A stretch of 57,578 nucleotides of DNA, from positions 1-57,578 of IMG/VR virus record IMGVR_UViG_3300019752_000009, one strand, 5' to 3'. Shown in pieces: positions 1 through 8,821 of this stretch. The translations under genes and the position numbers were made by a program. The notes under the pieces are model-generated. The model saw only the letters and a list, made by a program, of their open reading frames with translations, made no database searches and was not told where the DNA came from. Numbering within the stretch: position 1 is the first letter of the stretch; every line of letters begins with the position of its first letter. Source of the stretch: a virus (taxonomy: Duplodnaviria > Caudoviricetes).

Positions 1-123
1 AATAACCCCACAGTTTGGATTTTCTTTGATTAATTTTTTTTTGGAAAATTAATTATTGGGGAGGGGGAAACGTGATGGATGGGATTATGTTTGGGGTAGA
101 ATGTTTGGTTAATCGAGCGTTAA
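1..123 (+). repeat. Left copy of perfect 123-bp terminal inverted repeat
   Basis: 1-123 is the exact reverse complement of 57456-57578; identity ends after aatcgagcgttaa. Confidence 0.97.
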
Positions 124-341
124 CATGTGTTACAGGATAGATAGATGGTAATTATATATCAACATACTGCTATATGATTAATATTGTCGTTTATCGACCT
201 TGACGGCTTTTTTAGTTTTAAGCGTGAAATTACCTTCATTAACCATATATAAGGGGTTACATTTCACGTTACTGAGTTTAACGAAAGTGGTGGGGATGAA
301 CTATGTTTCTTTTATACATAAATAACAAGAAAGGATGTTAT

Positions 342-635
342 ATGCCTATCACTGCTGCACAATCATTAGCCAACTTTAATAATCTTATTAACGCTAATTA
401 CGAAACAATAAAAACTGCACTTGACACATTACTGTTATCCGAAGACTACACTATTGATACAGAGAACTCACATTTGATATACACATACTCAATTGCAGGG
501 ATGTGTAAAAGTCAGGAAGAGTTTGCGCTATATATAAGTAGGATTAATACTGACTACGTGGTTAATGGGGAATGGCTGGATCATTCATTGGCTTGTAACT
601 ACCAGATTGTTTTAAAAACAGTAATTACGCCATGA
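342..635 (+). CDS. Hypothetical protein
   Basis: ORF 303-635; AAGGA RBS favours ATG 342 (MPIT). Confidence 0.6.
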   Translation: MPITAAQSLANFNNLINANYETIKTALDTLLLSEDYTIDTENSHLIYTYSIAGMCKSQEEFALYISRINTDYVVNGEWLDHSLACNYQIVLKTVITP

Positions 636-830
636 CATAAGTTATTGATTTTGTTCCTATATCGGGATGTGGTGTTTTAATTAAGCTGATAAATATCCTA
701 TTACAGGAATTCTAGCAACACCACAACATTAACATTCCATTATAAAAGGTGTTATTTGTTGAGTGGAGTTTATGTTGATGTTATAATGATTTGGTTTATT
801 ATGTTTAATAATTAAAAAGTGGTTTAGCTT

Positions 831-1628
831 ATGAAAGTGGAACAAGGTATGCGAGTAGATAAATTTACTGTTGCACACATGGAAAGTGCAGCAGAAGATA
901 ATTGTTTTGAGTTTTGCAGAGATAGTATGGTGGAAAGTAATTTCTGGACACTAAAGAATGTGGTTCGTCAAGATTCCATCGCGTTGATTAGGTGTGAAGA
1001 TAATAATATGAGTTCTATCTTTACTCTGCAACAATCAGCTTGCCTTGCTGTGGGGCGCAACTTCTTAGGTAATGAAGTTGGTAAGAAGGAAGGTACCAAG
1101 GTTTTGCATTTCTTCTCTGGCGGTGACTCGCGCCACCATAACAAAATTCTGATTGATATAGCTAGGGGTTTAAACTTTTCCAGTGATGAGATTCGGCTGT
1201 TGGATGATAATCTGTTTTTGGTGGAGATTTACGGTAATGATAAAGCTGAGTTGATTGATAGGGATTCTTTGGGGAATCTAAAGCAGAGTGATATCTATGA
1301 AGAACTGTATGATATGGTGAAGAAGCACGATATCACGCATGTAGTGTTTGATCCCTTGTATGTTTTTTCCACACCAAACCCTTACAATAATCAAGAACAA
1401 TCATTTTTTATGAAGGAATTAAAGAGATTGCACAGCGATCTCATAACCGCGTCTTTTTACTGTGTTGATAGATTTGGTGGTACAGCTTCCTATGCAGCTT
1501 TTTTCGATAATTTTATTGATATTCGTAGTATAAACAGGTGTCGTACCCATATAATTAGATTTAACTACAGTGGTGATAGTGTTATTGTTAACGCCTCCAG
1601 CAAGAATGGAGTGTTAACAAAGTTGTAA
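831..1628 (+). CDS. Degenerate RecA-fold/AAA_25 (RepA-like) helicase-family protein
   Basis: Walker-B-like HVVFDPL followed by NPYNNQEQSFFMKELKRL as in AAA_25; no intact Walker A. Confidence 0.5.
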   Translation: MKVEQGMRVDKFTVAHMESAAEDNCFEFCRDSMVESNFWTLKNVVRQDSIALIRCEDNNMSSIFTLQQSACLAVGRNFLGNEVGKKEGTKVLHFFSGGDSRHHNKILIDIARGLNFSSDEIRLLDDNLFLVEIYGNDKAELIDRDSLGNLKQSDIYEELYDMVKKHDITHVVFDPLYVFSTPNPYNNQEQSFFMKELKRLHSDLITASFYCVDRFGGTASYAAFFDNFIDIRSINRCRTHIIRFNYSGDSVIVNASSKNGVLTKL

Positions 1629-1731
1629 TCACAAGCTTGCATTACAGTGTCTGCAAGCACACCAACCCGATCCACCTCAGATCATAAACCTAACAGATTT
1701 TTATATTTTTGAAAAATATGGTGTTTTATTA

Positions 1732-1761
1732 TTGACACCACATCAAACATAATATTATAAT
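1732..1761 (+). promoter_or_regulatory. sigma70-type early promoter
   Basis: TTGACA-18bp-TATAAT. Confidence 0.8.
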
Positions 1762-1799
1762 AAACACTCAATCATTTAACCAAATAAGGAAACATTATT

Positions 1800-2012
1800 A
1801 TGTCACACACAAAATTAATACATCAACCAATTATTGATGAAGCTAATAAACTTGCTGCAGACAATGGATGTGTTATTTATATTGGTGTCCCTGTTTCAGG
1901 GTACAAAGAAGGAGAGTTTGTCTTTCTGTATGAAGAAAGTGAATGTAACGAGATTATCGGCTACACTAATGGTGTGTTTGTATTCACTAATATGGAGTGG
2001 GACTCTGGGTAG
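1800..2012 (+). CDS. Hypothetical protein
   Basis: Own promoter, AAGGA RBS, downstream hairpin plus T-run. Confidence 0.7.
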   Translation: MSHTKLIHQPIIDEANKLAADNGCVIYIGVPVSGYKEGEFVFLYEESECNEIIGYTNGVFVFTNMEWDSG

Positions 2013-2111
2013 TTAGGTTTTGCGGGGTGCTAGTCACCTCGTTTTATTTTGTGTATGTTATTGATATTATTGCTTTATTGGAGATAAATGTAAAATAATA
2101 TAAAATAACTG

Positions 2112-2140
2112 TTGACACCCTACCCACACTTCATTATAAT
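2112..2140 (+). promoter_or_regulatory. sigma70-type early promoter
   Basis: TTGACA-17bp-TATAAT. Confidence 0.85.
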
Positions 2141-2233
2141 TGTTTACAAGCTTACCAAAACAGCAAAGCACAAGAAATTTTGGTAAATCTAAATATCAAA
2201 AAACAACTTAAACTTCCCCATGAGGAATCAAAA

Positions 2234-2752
2234 ATGGCTTTCACTAAAGAACAAATGTTAGTAGCTAAAACAATTCGCCAGAATGAAGCTGCAGAGCGAA
2301 ACTGCAAATTAAAAGACATCAAGTGGGCTGAGTGCGTTAAATTATCATTCAACAAGAACAGTGAGCAATACAAGAAGGCTATGAACTCAGTAGAAAACAA
2401 GAAAAAGCAGTTTAAATTTGGCTGCATAGATATATTAGGTATGTCAGCAAGCTATATGCGAGCTAGTAATGAAGAATTTAAAAGCGATGTTGATGGTGCT
2501 GAGATAACTGTTCAACAGGTTGAGGAATTGCTTAATTACTGTAAAGAGCAAAATATGGCAAACGTTATGCTTAACCGAAACTTTTTTGGTGAAGGTGATG
2601 GTATCACACCAGAAGGTGATTTTATTGAAGACGAATACTACTTGTTTTTAGGTGAAATGCTTCAATTGGTTGTGAGTAAAGTTATTGGGTTGAAAGGTGT
2701 GCGTGAGATTGAAGACGGACACTGGGATCAATCTTGGGTAGTAGTTGCATAA
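2234..2752 (+). CDS. Hypothetical protein; N-terminal domain shared with 2881-3201
   Basis: GAGGA RBS before ATG 2234 (MAFTKEQM). Confidence 0.75.
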   Translation: MAFTKEQMLVAKTIRQNEAAERNCKLKDIKWAECVKLSFNKNSEQYKKAMNSVENKKKQFKFGCIDILGMSASYMRASNEEFKSDVDGAEITVQQVEELLNYCKEQNMANVMLNRNFFGEGDGITPEGDFIEDEYYLFLGEMLQLVVSKVIGLKGVREIEDGHWDQSWVVVA

Positions 2753-2781
2753 CTTTTTTTAGAAAAAAGCTAACTTAAGTG

Positions 2782-2810
2782 TTGACAACGATTCTAAATT
2801 ATTAGATAAT
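2782..2810 (+). promoter_or_regulatory. sigma70-type promoter flanked by 12-bp inverted repeat
   Basis: TTGACA-17bp-GATAAT; cttaagtgttga 2774-2785 / tcaacacttaag 2815-2826. Confidence 0.7.
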
Positions 2811-2880
2811 ACACTCAACACTTAAGAAACAGCCAGCCATACGGCGAGGCGCAAATCCAGCGAAATGCGAGGAATTAAAA

Positions 2881-3201
2881 ATGAGCTTCTCTAAAGCAGA
2901 TATGAAAACAGCGCAAGAAATAAGAATTGAAGCCGCAAAATTACACGGATGTAAAGTTAAAGAAATATTATGGTCAATATGCGTTAGCATGGCTGTAAAG
3001 GGAATTAAATTAGTAACTAAAGTTGTTACTTATGTTAAAATTGAAAACTGCGGAAAAGAATTTAATGAGTTACTAAAGTTATGCCGCTTAGAGAAGAAAT
3101 ATTCCGGTGGGGATTTTAAGTGGAGCACTAAGACTTGGGAGTTTTATTGTGATGCTGATCAGATATACAACACATTAAAACCATTTATAGTTAATATTTA
3201 A
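2881..3201 (+). CDS. Hypothetical protein
   Basis: GAGGA RBS; N-terminus paralogous to 2234-2752. Confidence 0.75.
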   Translation: MSFSKADMKTAQEIRIEAAKLHGCKVKEILWSICVSMAVKGIKLVTKVVTYVKIENCGKEFNELLKLCRLEKKYSGGDFKWSTKTWEFYCDADQIYNTLKPFIVNI

Positions 3202-3211
3202 GGAGCAAGAT

Positions 3212-3400
3212 ATGACAGTAGATGAATTAAGAAAGCTGCTTGCCACAACCAACTTATCACAAAGAAGTCTTGCAAAAGAAACTGGGATAAATGAACGCAA
3301 GATGCGATATGTATTCGCTGGGAAAGAGAAATTAACACTAACAGAAGAGTTGGCTTGCAAGTATATACTAGGAGTAACCTATCAGGTAACAGATAGGTAA
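3212..3400 (+). CDS. Cro/XRE-like helix-turn-helix protein
   Basis: LSQRSLAKETGINERKMRYVFAGK HTH pattern; AAGGAG RBS. Confidence 0.75.
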   Translation: MTVDELRKLLATTNLSQRSLAKETGINERKMRYVFAGKEKLTLTEELACKYILGVTYQVTDR

Positions 3401-3449
3401 AGTGAAACACAAATGTGCGCTACAGCGCAAAAAAAAGGAGGTGATAAAA

Positions 3450-3503
3450 TTGGGAAAAGGAAAAGATAAAGGCAAGGATGACGCTACCACCAAAAGCAAA
3501 TAG
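3450..3503 (+). CDS. Possible 17-aa Lys-rich peptide (MGKGKDKGKDDATTKSK)
   Basis: Perfect AAGGAGGTGA SD 5 nt before TTG; hairpin follows stop. Confidence 0.35.
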   Translation: MGKGKDKGKDDATTKSK

Positions 3504-3511
3504 TTAGTTTT

Positions 3512-3536
3512 AGGCGCGAATTAACGCGCCTTCTTT
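3512..3536. terminator. Hairpin terminator between convergent units
   Basis: aggcgcg-aattaa-cgcgcct then T-rich. Confidence 0.6.
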
Positions 3537-3540
3537 AATT

Positions 3541-4092
3541 CTAAAACTCCCAACTCCTACTATAACACTCTCCTGCAAGCTCTTCTGCTGCAATACCGCT
3601 CAATTGACAATACCTGTACGCGGTTTCAAGTTCAATATGTAACGCCTTAGCTATCTGATCGTATTTCATACCCTTGCCTTTTAGTGTGGTAACCAGCTTT
3701 GCGTCAAGTTCGCAATCATGAAAACCCTTGGCTTTATTAAATGCCACTGTTGCAATATACCTTTCTGTTTCCTTTATATTTAAAACAACACATGGGATGT
3801 GTGACATATTTAGGTATTCTTTTTTATGCATCAGGTAACGGTGATATCCATCAATAATTATAAACTTCTCCCCATTAAAATACGTGACGATAGGAAAGCA
3901 GAACCCATTCTTTTTAATTGAATCGACAAGCTGCTTCATCTTGGTGTGGGGGATTGAGTTTGGGTTGTAATTGTTTGGGTATATTAAAGCACTGTTTATA
4001 AGCCTAACCTCTGTACATGGGATTTTAATCCCCTCTGACACCATAACCTTTCCTTCTATTTTGTAATCTTCTATTTTATTTATCAACATCAT
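3541..4092 (-). CDS. ParB/Srx-like N-terminal domain protein (IbrB-like) with C-terminal HTH
   Basis: PNNYNPN, SIKKNGFCFPIV, IIDGYHR, ATVAFNKAKGFH motifs. Confidence 0.85.
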   Translation of the reverse strand: MMLINKIEDYKIEGKVMVSEGIKIPCTEVRLINSALIYPNNYNPNSIPHTKMKQLVDSIKKNGFCFPIVTYFNGEKFIIIDGYHRYLMHKKEYLNMSHIPCVVLNIKETERYIATVAFNKAKGFHDCELDAKLVTTLKGKGMKYDQIAKALHIELETAYRYCQLSGIAAEELAGECYSRSWEF

Positions 4093-5195
4093 AACCCCTT
4101 TAATTTATTGAGTAAATTATCTTTACTATTAGCTTCTTTAGTCTTTATTGGTTTCTCATTTAAAACATCATTCATCATAACTTGTCTACAGGCTTGCCGA
4201 TAATTATCAGTGGTCTTATCCATTCTACCAAATCGCTCAACCAATACTTTAATGTCAGGGTTAATTGATGTTTTAATTAAATGTTGTAGGTATTCTTTCC
4301 AGCTATTAAAATGTTCTGGTAGTTTTTTACATAAAAATAAGCTACTTTTATTGCCGTGCTCCTGCATAATTTCAGTACCTTCTACCCTCTCGAGTATTTT
4401 CGCATAAGTTTCTGGTTCAAAGTAAGGTAAGTTCTGCATTTCCATTTCGCTAAACTGGTGACCAATATTCGATACTCTCATTTTCTTTGTAGGGTAACTA
4501 TGTAAACGTTGATAGTCGTATATCTTATTGTATTTTAAATTATTTTCCTTTATATATTTCCATATGTCAGAGTGAGAGAAATCATATATTGGGTATAGTA
4601 GTGCTGAATTACTTGGTTTACTTGTAGCCCATTTTATTTTATTGCCATCAATAAGTGCGGGGTGTCTTGTTACCGTTTTCAGCCTTTCTAATGACTCGTC
4701 AGCCCTGATACCAATAAAAAAACCACTGTTACTACCACAGCTTTTTTCATAAGCTTCTCTAATATAAAACTCCCCGTAAGGTGGTGCGCCTGTTTCCCAT
4801 ATATTTTCTGTTATCGCATCAACTCTTTTCTCTTGCACCCATTCACCCCTGTGTTTCTCGTCCCACGCTAAAAACCTACAGTTCCTTAATTTACCAACAG
4901 TTTGTGTTACACTAGGAATCTGAACCCATACTTTATTTATGAGTAACGATAGATTCATGAGATAATCAACTTGATTGATGGTTGCAGAGTAATTTAACTC
5001 AGAATCGGTGAAAAACATATTAACCCTTCTCCCTCTCCTTTCCGCCTCCTGCACAACCAAGTGAGCCAACACAGTGGAATCCTTACCCCCACTAACCGAC
5101 ACGCTTATATTGTCAAACAAATCAAAACCTAGACTCACGCGCTCTTGCGCTGCCTGTAAAACATTTTTGGTGTTAGAGTATATCTTCTTACTCAT
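4089..5195 (-). CDS. PAPS-reductase-like PP-loop protein (IbrA/DUF3440-like)
   Basis: SVSGGKDSTVL PP-loop, GIRADESLER, YPIYDF..DIWKY, MRVS. Confidence 0.85.
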   Translation of the reverse strand: MSKKIYSNTKNVLQAAQERVSLGFDLFDNISVSVSGGKDSTVLAHLVVQEAERRGRRVNMFFTDSELNYSATINQVDYLMNLSLLINKVWVQIPSVTQTVGKLRNCRFLAWDEKHRGEWVQEKRVDAITENIWETGAPPYGEFYIREAYEKSCGSNSGFFIGIRADESLERLKTVTRHPALIDGNKIKWATSKPSNSALLYPIYDFSHSDIWKYIKENNLKYNKIYDYQRLHSYPTKKMRVSNIGHQFSEMEMQNLPYFEPETYAKILERVEGTEIMQEHGNKSSLFLCKKLPEHFNSWKEYLQHLIKTSINPDIKVLVERFGRMDKTTDNYRQACRQVMMNDVLNEKPIKTKEANSKDNLLNKLKGL

Positions 5196-5196
5196 A

Positions 5197-6624
5197 TCAT
5201 AAATCCCTCACTGCATTTTTAAATTCTTTCTTGGATGTTATGCGCTGATTAAATGTGTTGGCGTAATCTTCTTTTGTTTGTATCGCGGTCATTATCTTCT
5301 CATCGATAGTGTTATCTGCTACTATATCAATCACTTTTGTTTCGCTATCTTGATCAATCCTATAATTCCTTCTTAGTGGTTGCATTCGCTTATCATAGCT
5401 ATACATATTGTCGTAGAATATCATTAGCTTAGCTTCATTTAACGTTAAGCTGAAACCACCAATTGAGTGGGTAGCGATAAGGAATCGTGCACCTGCTGGA
5501 TCGCGCCACTTGTTTAGTTGTGCTTCGCGTTCACACACTTTTAATTTACCAGTGTATGTAATTGCGCTCTTACCACCATATCTTGCTATTAATATTTTCT
5601 TAATATAATTAGTTGGTGGTACATACTTACTCCATATAATTACTTTATCATCATTATGTTTATCTATGATATCTATAAGACAATTTAACCTATTGAATTC
5701 CGATAGTTGTTTTTCATCCAAACTAATAAAACCACTGCATATTTTTTGTAATTCTGTTTGTAGTTTAAAATACTCAGGCATAAAATCCTGATCATCAGGC
5801 ATCTCGTCTATTATTTGCAGGGTATCTAATTTAGCTTGCTCGTACAGGGTTCGCTGATAGTTCGATAATTCAATATAATGAGATGAAAAAGTTTTAGGTG
5901 GCAAATAAACACATTCTTCTATCCTAGCTTGATGTGCGAACGGTGCGATCTTATCAGCTAGTTCTTCGGGGTTAATTTCCTGCGCTACTTCACTTGTACG
6001 TTTAACACTACCGTCACCTAATACTATTTCCCTATACACTAAATGTTGATTTGCAAAAGCAAAGAATGAATTAAAACCTAAAATAGATGGGCTAAGGAAA
6101 TACATTTGTGAGAATAAATCAACCGCGCCCTGCGTCACTGGCGTTCCTGTTAAAAGTAATCTATAGGATGTTTTCTTTGTTAGAGCTAATAATCGTTTGG
6201 TGCGTAAGGAAAAGTAATTTTTTATATAACTGGATTCATCTACAACAATGTAGCTTTTATCATTAACTATCTCATAAGCTTCACCTGCAACCCGATCACT
6301 TTGGCTAAGACTGTCCAGCCCAATAATAGATATACACTTATCTCCTTTTATACTAAGGTTTCCACCATATATGCATTCTATATCATCTTCGTTGATATCT
6401 GTGCTTTTTAGGATTTCTTTTTTAATATTAATCACGAACGCAGCAGGGGCGAACCAAACAACGTTATCAATCTTACTTGATCTTAACCTTATCAACTCAA
6501 TAGCTGTTAGTGTTTTACCTGTCCCCATATCCATAAAGAGAGCACCAACCCGTAGTGGTTTTAACTTCTCAACAGCTTGCTTTTGATGAGGTAGTAATTC
6601 AATCTTTATCGAGAAGTTTTTCAT
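5197..6624 (-). CDS. SNF2-family (DExx) helicase
   Basis: LLPHQ, DMGTGKT, VVDESS, LTGTP, helicase-C motifs; likely start MKNF at 6624. Confidence 0.9.
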   Translation of the reverse strand: MKNFSIKIELLPHQKQAVEKLKPLRVGALFMDMGTGKTLTAIELIRLRSSKIDNVVWFAPAAFVINIKKEILKSTDINEDDIECIYGGNLSIKGDKCISIIGLDSLSQSDRVAGEAYEIVNDKSYIVVDESSYIKNYFSLRTKRLLALTKKTSYRLLLTGTPVTQGAVDLFSQMYFLSPSILGFNSFFAFANQHLVYREIVLGDGSVKRTSEVAQEINPEELADKIAPFAHQARIEECVYLPPKTFSSHYIELSNYQRTLYEQAKLDTLQIIDEMPDDQDFMPEYFKLQTELQKICSGFISLDEKQLSEFNRLNCLIDIIDKHNDDKVIIWSKYVPPTNYIKKILIARYGGKSAITYTGKLKVCEREAQLNKWRDPAGARFLIATHSIGGFSLTLNEAKLMIFYDNMYSYDKRMQPLRRNYRIDQDSETKVIDIVADNTIDEKIMTAIQTKEDYANTFNQRITSKKEFKNAVRDL

Positions 6625-7501
6625 AAACGCTCTCCTTATTATATGTTTCTTTATTGTTCTTCTTATATGGTGATTTAACAATTGGCTTTACTAATGCGGG
6701 AATAATTAATTCGTCTTGCTCCTGCATTAATTTCTTAGCATCATCACTGATTTGAAACCCAAACTCATTAGTAAGAGTTCGTAGTTCATCGTACCGATCG
6801 ACAAAGAATGAATACCTATTCTTGGCTAATTCATATCCACCCCATATTGCTTTTATATTCTGCTGTAATGACGTGTTACCATGTTCCCATTGCACATAAA
6901 ATTTGTTTGGAAACTTTGGATTAGTGTAGATGCGGCGCATGTTTTCAGGTTTATAGTCAGCACTTTCAACGCGCCCCCACAACTCATTATTCCACACCTT
7001 TACTTGTATCCCTTTATTAAGAAGAACATGGCACATTTCAACAAGCTTGCCTTGACCATCAACTAACCCACCTCTTGAAAATTTACCTTCGCCAAATTCC
7101 ATAAAATTATGATGCAACAATATATCGCGCTCGCTACTATCAGAGTTGAATTGGTATTCAATAGTAAGCTTTGTATTATCTAGCTTCAGTGATGCCACTT
7201 TCCTGTTATCCCAACAGTCTTTTGTTTTAAATAGTTTTAGCTCTTCAAATTTTTCTTTATATCTCTTGTCTTGCGCTTCATCATTTATGAAGCTTTTAAA
7301 ATTTATATCATTATCTATTAACACTTTAATCTGCTGAGCATCATAATATTTGAATTTATCAAAAAAGCTCCGATTATCAATAAAGAATTTTGATTCATCT
7401 TGCGACAACATATACTCTTTATAATCATCGTTATCACAATAACTTACAACACTATCTCTAATCTTTTCAGCCCAGTCGATTTGTTTTGTACTTCCATTCA
7501 T
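6599..7501 (-). CDS. Hypothetical protein leading the SNF2/IbrAB-like operon
   Basis: AGGTGG RBS before ATG 7501; GSTKQIDWAEKIR N-terminal motif common in phage proteins. Confidence 0.7.
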   Translation of the reverse strand: MNGSTKQIDWAEKIRDSVVSYCDNDDYKEYMLSQDESKFFIDNRSFFDKFKYYDAQQIKVLIDNDINFKSFINDEAQDKRYKEKFEELKLFKTKDCWDNRKVASLKLDNTKLTIEYQFNSDSSERDILLHHNFMEFGEGKFSRGGLVDGQGKLVEMCHVLLNKGIQVKVWNNELWGRVESADYKPENMRRIYTNPKFPNKFYVQWEHGNTSLQQNIKAIWGGYELAKNRYSFFVDRYDELRTLTNEFGFQISDDAKKLMQEQDELIIPALVKPIVKSPYKKNNKETYNKESVYEKLLDKD

Positions 7502-7545
7502 ATTACCACCTATAAAAAATAATTTAACTTTTTTAAATAAAAGTG

Positions 7546-7574
7546 TTGACACATACTGCGAACTTAGCTAGAAT
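7546..7574 (+). promoter_or_regulatory. sigma70-type early promoter
   Basis: TTGACA-17bp-TAGAAT; flanks resemble the 2782 promoter. Confidence 0.75.
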
Positions 7575-7621
7575 ACTTCTCAACACTTAAGAAAACAAAC
7601 ACACATAGCGAGAAACAAATT

Positions 7622-8134
7622 ATGCCAACCGCAAACACAGCAGCTTTAAACCCTACACTTGCTAACGTACTCAAAATGAGTCAAGAAGACTACCAAGAAT
7701 CACTAGATCGTGATTATGAAGCAAAGAAAATTCATGATATGCCGTTAACAACAGTTATTGATATTTGTCATGAAACTAGCGACCTTATTAATGAAACTCA
7801 GGTTTTCTTCTTTAACACTGAATCAGGTGAGCTTGACACATTAAATAATAGCACACTTTCAATCAACATGCTCGATGTTAAGGTCGAATCTATTGATACA
7901 TATGACTGTGAAATATATGATGCTGAAATAAATACAATTGAAATCACACATCCTGAACACATCCTAGTGTCAAACTGTGATGATTTTGAAAACATCACGG
8001 ATTTATTGTCACATACTGGTGAATCTTTAAGTGACTGCCATAGTAACTTTGTTAGCTTAACTGGGTTTGATGTGTCACTTGATGAATTTGTAAATGTGTT
8101 TGGAAGTTTATTTGTGATTAAAGGAGAGAAGTAG
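7622..8134 (+). CDS. Hypothetical acidic protein
   Basis: 170-aa ORF after promoter; very D/E-rich. Confidence 0.75.
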   Translation: MPTANTAALNPTLANVLKMSQEDYQESLDRDYEAKKIHDMPLTTVIDICHETSDLINETQVFFFNTESGELDTLNNSTLSINMLDVKVESIDTYDCEIYDAEINTIEITHPEHILVSNCDDFENITDLLSHTGESLSDCHSNFVSLTGFDVSLDEFVNVFGSLFVIKGEK

Positions 8135-8135
8135 A

Positions 8136-8318
8136 ATGAATGTTATTCCAGAAGTTATTATTATTCATGCAACCAGTTTATCAGAGAGTACTGGGGAGAT
8201 TATTTATATCAATTACAGTAATGATGAGTTTGATATTTCTAATGAAGATGATGGTTCAATTGGTTTCTGTGATGGCACTATCACCACCGTAACAGATAGC
8301 GAATGGGTGGTTGAATAA
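8136..8318 (+). CDS. Hypothetical acidic small protein
   Basis: AAGGAG upstream, coupled to neighbours. Confidence 0.65.
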   Translation: MNVIPEVIIIHATSLSESTGEIIYINYSNDEFDISNEDDGSIGFCDGTITTVTDSEWVVE

Positions 8319-8647
8319 TGAGTGTTGGGAGTGAAGCTAAAGATCTAGCTGAAAAAATGAGAGTATTTTGTGATAATCTTGACGACAAGAAAGACTTGGT
8401 TGATTCGATTAAAAAGAATATCGAGATTGTAAGTGGGTTAAAGCCCGATAGCTTAACTCTAGATGTTAATATTGGATGGAATGCGGATGTATGCGAGTAT
8501 CAGTCTAGAGCTGATTTACATGGTAGCCATTTAGATATGAGTGTGATTAAAGGTGCTCTTATTTCTGGAATGAAGGATAAAGTTTATCAGCTTGAAAAGG
8601 AGATTGAGAACGATACAGAGAAGATGAAGGAATTTATTGGTAGTTAG
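8318..8647 (+). CDS. Hypothetical coiled-coil protein
   Basis: TAATG stop/start overlap. Confidence 0.7.
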   Translation: MSVGSEAKDLAEKMRVFCDNLDDKKDLVDSIKKNIEIVSGLKPDSLTLDVNIGWNADVCEYQSRADLHGSHLDMSVIKGALISGMKDKVYQLEKEIENDTEKMKEFIGS

Positions 8648-8821
8648 TTTTTTAGTATTTTAGTTTACACATACCCCCTTAACTGGGGGTTCCTGCGTAA
8701 AAGAGTTAGATAAAACAAATAAATAACTCTTGATTTAGATAATACTCACATATTATAATTTAGCACAGAAAATACAAGATGCGACAATGTGCAGTACATA
8801 CAATAAAAGGTAAAACTAAAT

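Noticed and set aside
2826-2875. Riboswitch-like GC-rich leader (gcgcaaa, gaaa)
   Set aside because: Could not form the c-di-GMP-I or another known fold by eye
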